A stretch of DNA of 64,000 nucleotides from a virus (lineage: Duplodnaviria > Caudoviricetes): positions 6,374-70,373 of IMG/VR virus record IMGVR_UViG_2974703886_000001; one strand, written 5' to 3'. A program made the position numbers and the translations under genes. Shown in pieces: positions 63,409-64,000 of this stretch. The notes under the pieces are model-generated. The model worked only from the letters and a program-made list of their open reading frames with translations. It was not told the origin of the DNA and searched no databases. Numbering within the stretch: position 1 is the stretch's first letter; every line of letters begins with the position of its first letter.

Positions 63409-64000
63409 ACCACCTGGGCAACGGGACGTGACCGCCGGAAATGCGCCCTGTCCCCTCCCGGCCCGAATACCCAATGCGAGCACTCGGGAACGGCCACCTA
63501 TGCCCTCGAATAGGGGAATGGGGAATAGGGCACCGTGGAATGCCAACAGGTGACCGAACAATGCGCCCGCGAACAATGGCGCATTGCGTGTTGAGAATGG
63601 TCGACAAAGGGAATGCAATTCGCGTTTGAGAATTCGAATTCAGGAATTGCGAATTTGAACATAGGTCGTCAAAGTACTTCCAGCAAATTGCAGAGCCCTG
63701 GTTAGGGTCACCTAAGTCGGTATCCTTGCGACGGCGTGTCGCGGATGCCGCGACCTGGGGAAATGCGTTTCCGGCGCTACTGGCGAGTAGCACACAGGCT
63801 GACCTGCACATCCACATCCAACTTCCGTAACCCCGAGACCCGAGATAGTTCGCATCGCAAGGATTTGCCCCGATAACGCTCAAGCCAGCAAATTGTGCCT
63901 CTGACCTGCGCAAACGGAGAAAACCGCGTTTGCTAGCAAAGCCGAAATGGTTGCCTGGGGGGTGACCCCCGGCCCCGACGGGGGCTGACACCCTCGCGAA

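Larger units (their letters stand above)
62413..64000. other. ~1.6-kb apparently non-coding, hairpin-dense right-end region (early control region, probably near the genome terminus)
   Basis: No ORF with RBS or typical codon bias; many perfect inverted repeats. Confidence 0.65.

Noticed and set aside
63362-63991. 209-aa minus-strand ORF at the right end as a gene
   Set aside because: No RBS of the conserved type, atypical composition, and it overlaps palindromic control motifs.
63945-64000. G/C-rich dyads at the window end as the cos site
   Set aside because: Suggestive of a genome terminus, but the end cannot be defined without the left end or read data.

Overview
This window is most of a ~65% GC temperate actinobacteriophage (mycobacteriophage-like siphovirus) genome. 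It starts inside the portal gene and ends in a long non-coding right end. 1-29432 (+): head, tail and lysis operon (portal, MuF/protease, scaffold, Ig-tailed capsid and major tail, frameshifted tail chaperones, 1996-aa tape measure, minor tails including a beta-lactamase-fold protein, lysin A, holin, lysin B, NrdH). 29481-30503: small leftward ORFs and a divergent control region. 30504-54102 (+): recombination, replication and nucleotide metabolism genes (ERF, exonuclease, ClpP-like protease, SSB, DnaB, two WhiBs, RecA, four HNH-type nucleases, MazG-like, DUF5664, HAD, metallophosphoesterase), a complete tmRNA with a 31-codon tag, and a large serine integrase. 54171-62412 (-): about 25 small genes, most with the same extended purine-rich RBS, separated by strong stem-loops. 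Eight copies of a 19-nt hairpin-forming motif and two D-arm-less tRNA-like elements lie in this arm and the right end; one element carries that motif as its middle arm. No repressor, DNA polymerase or primase was recognised. Family assignments come from motif recognition by eye, not database searches.
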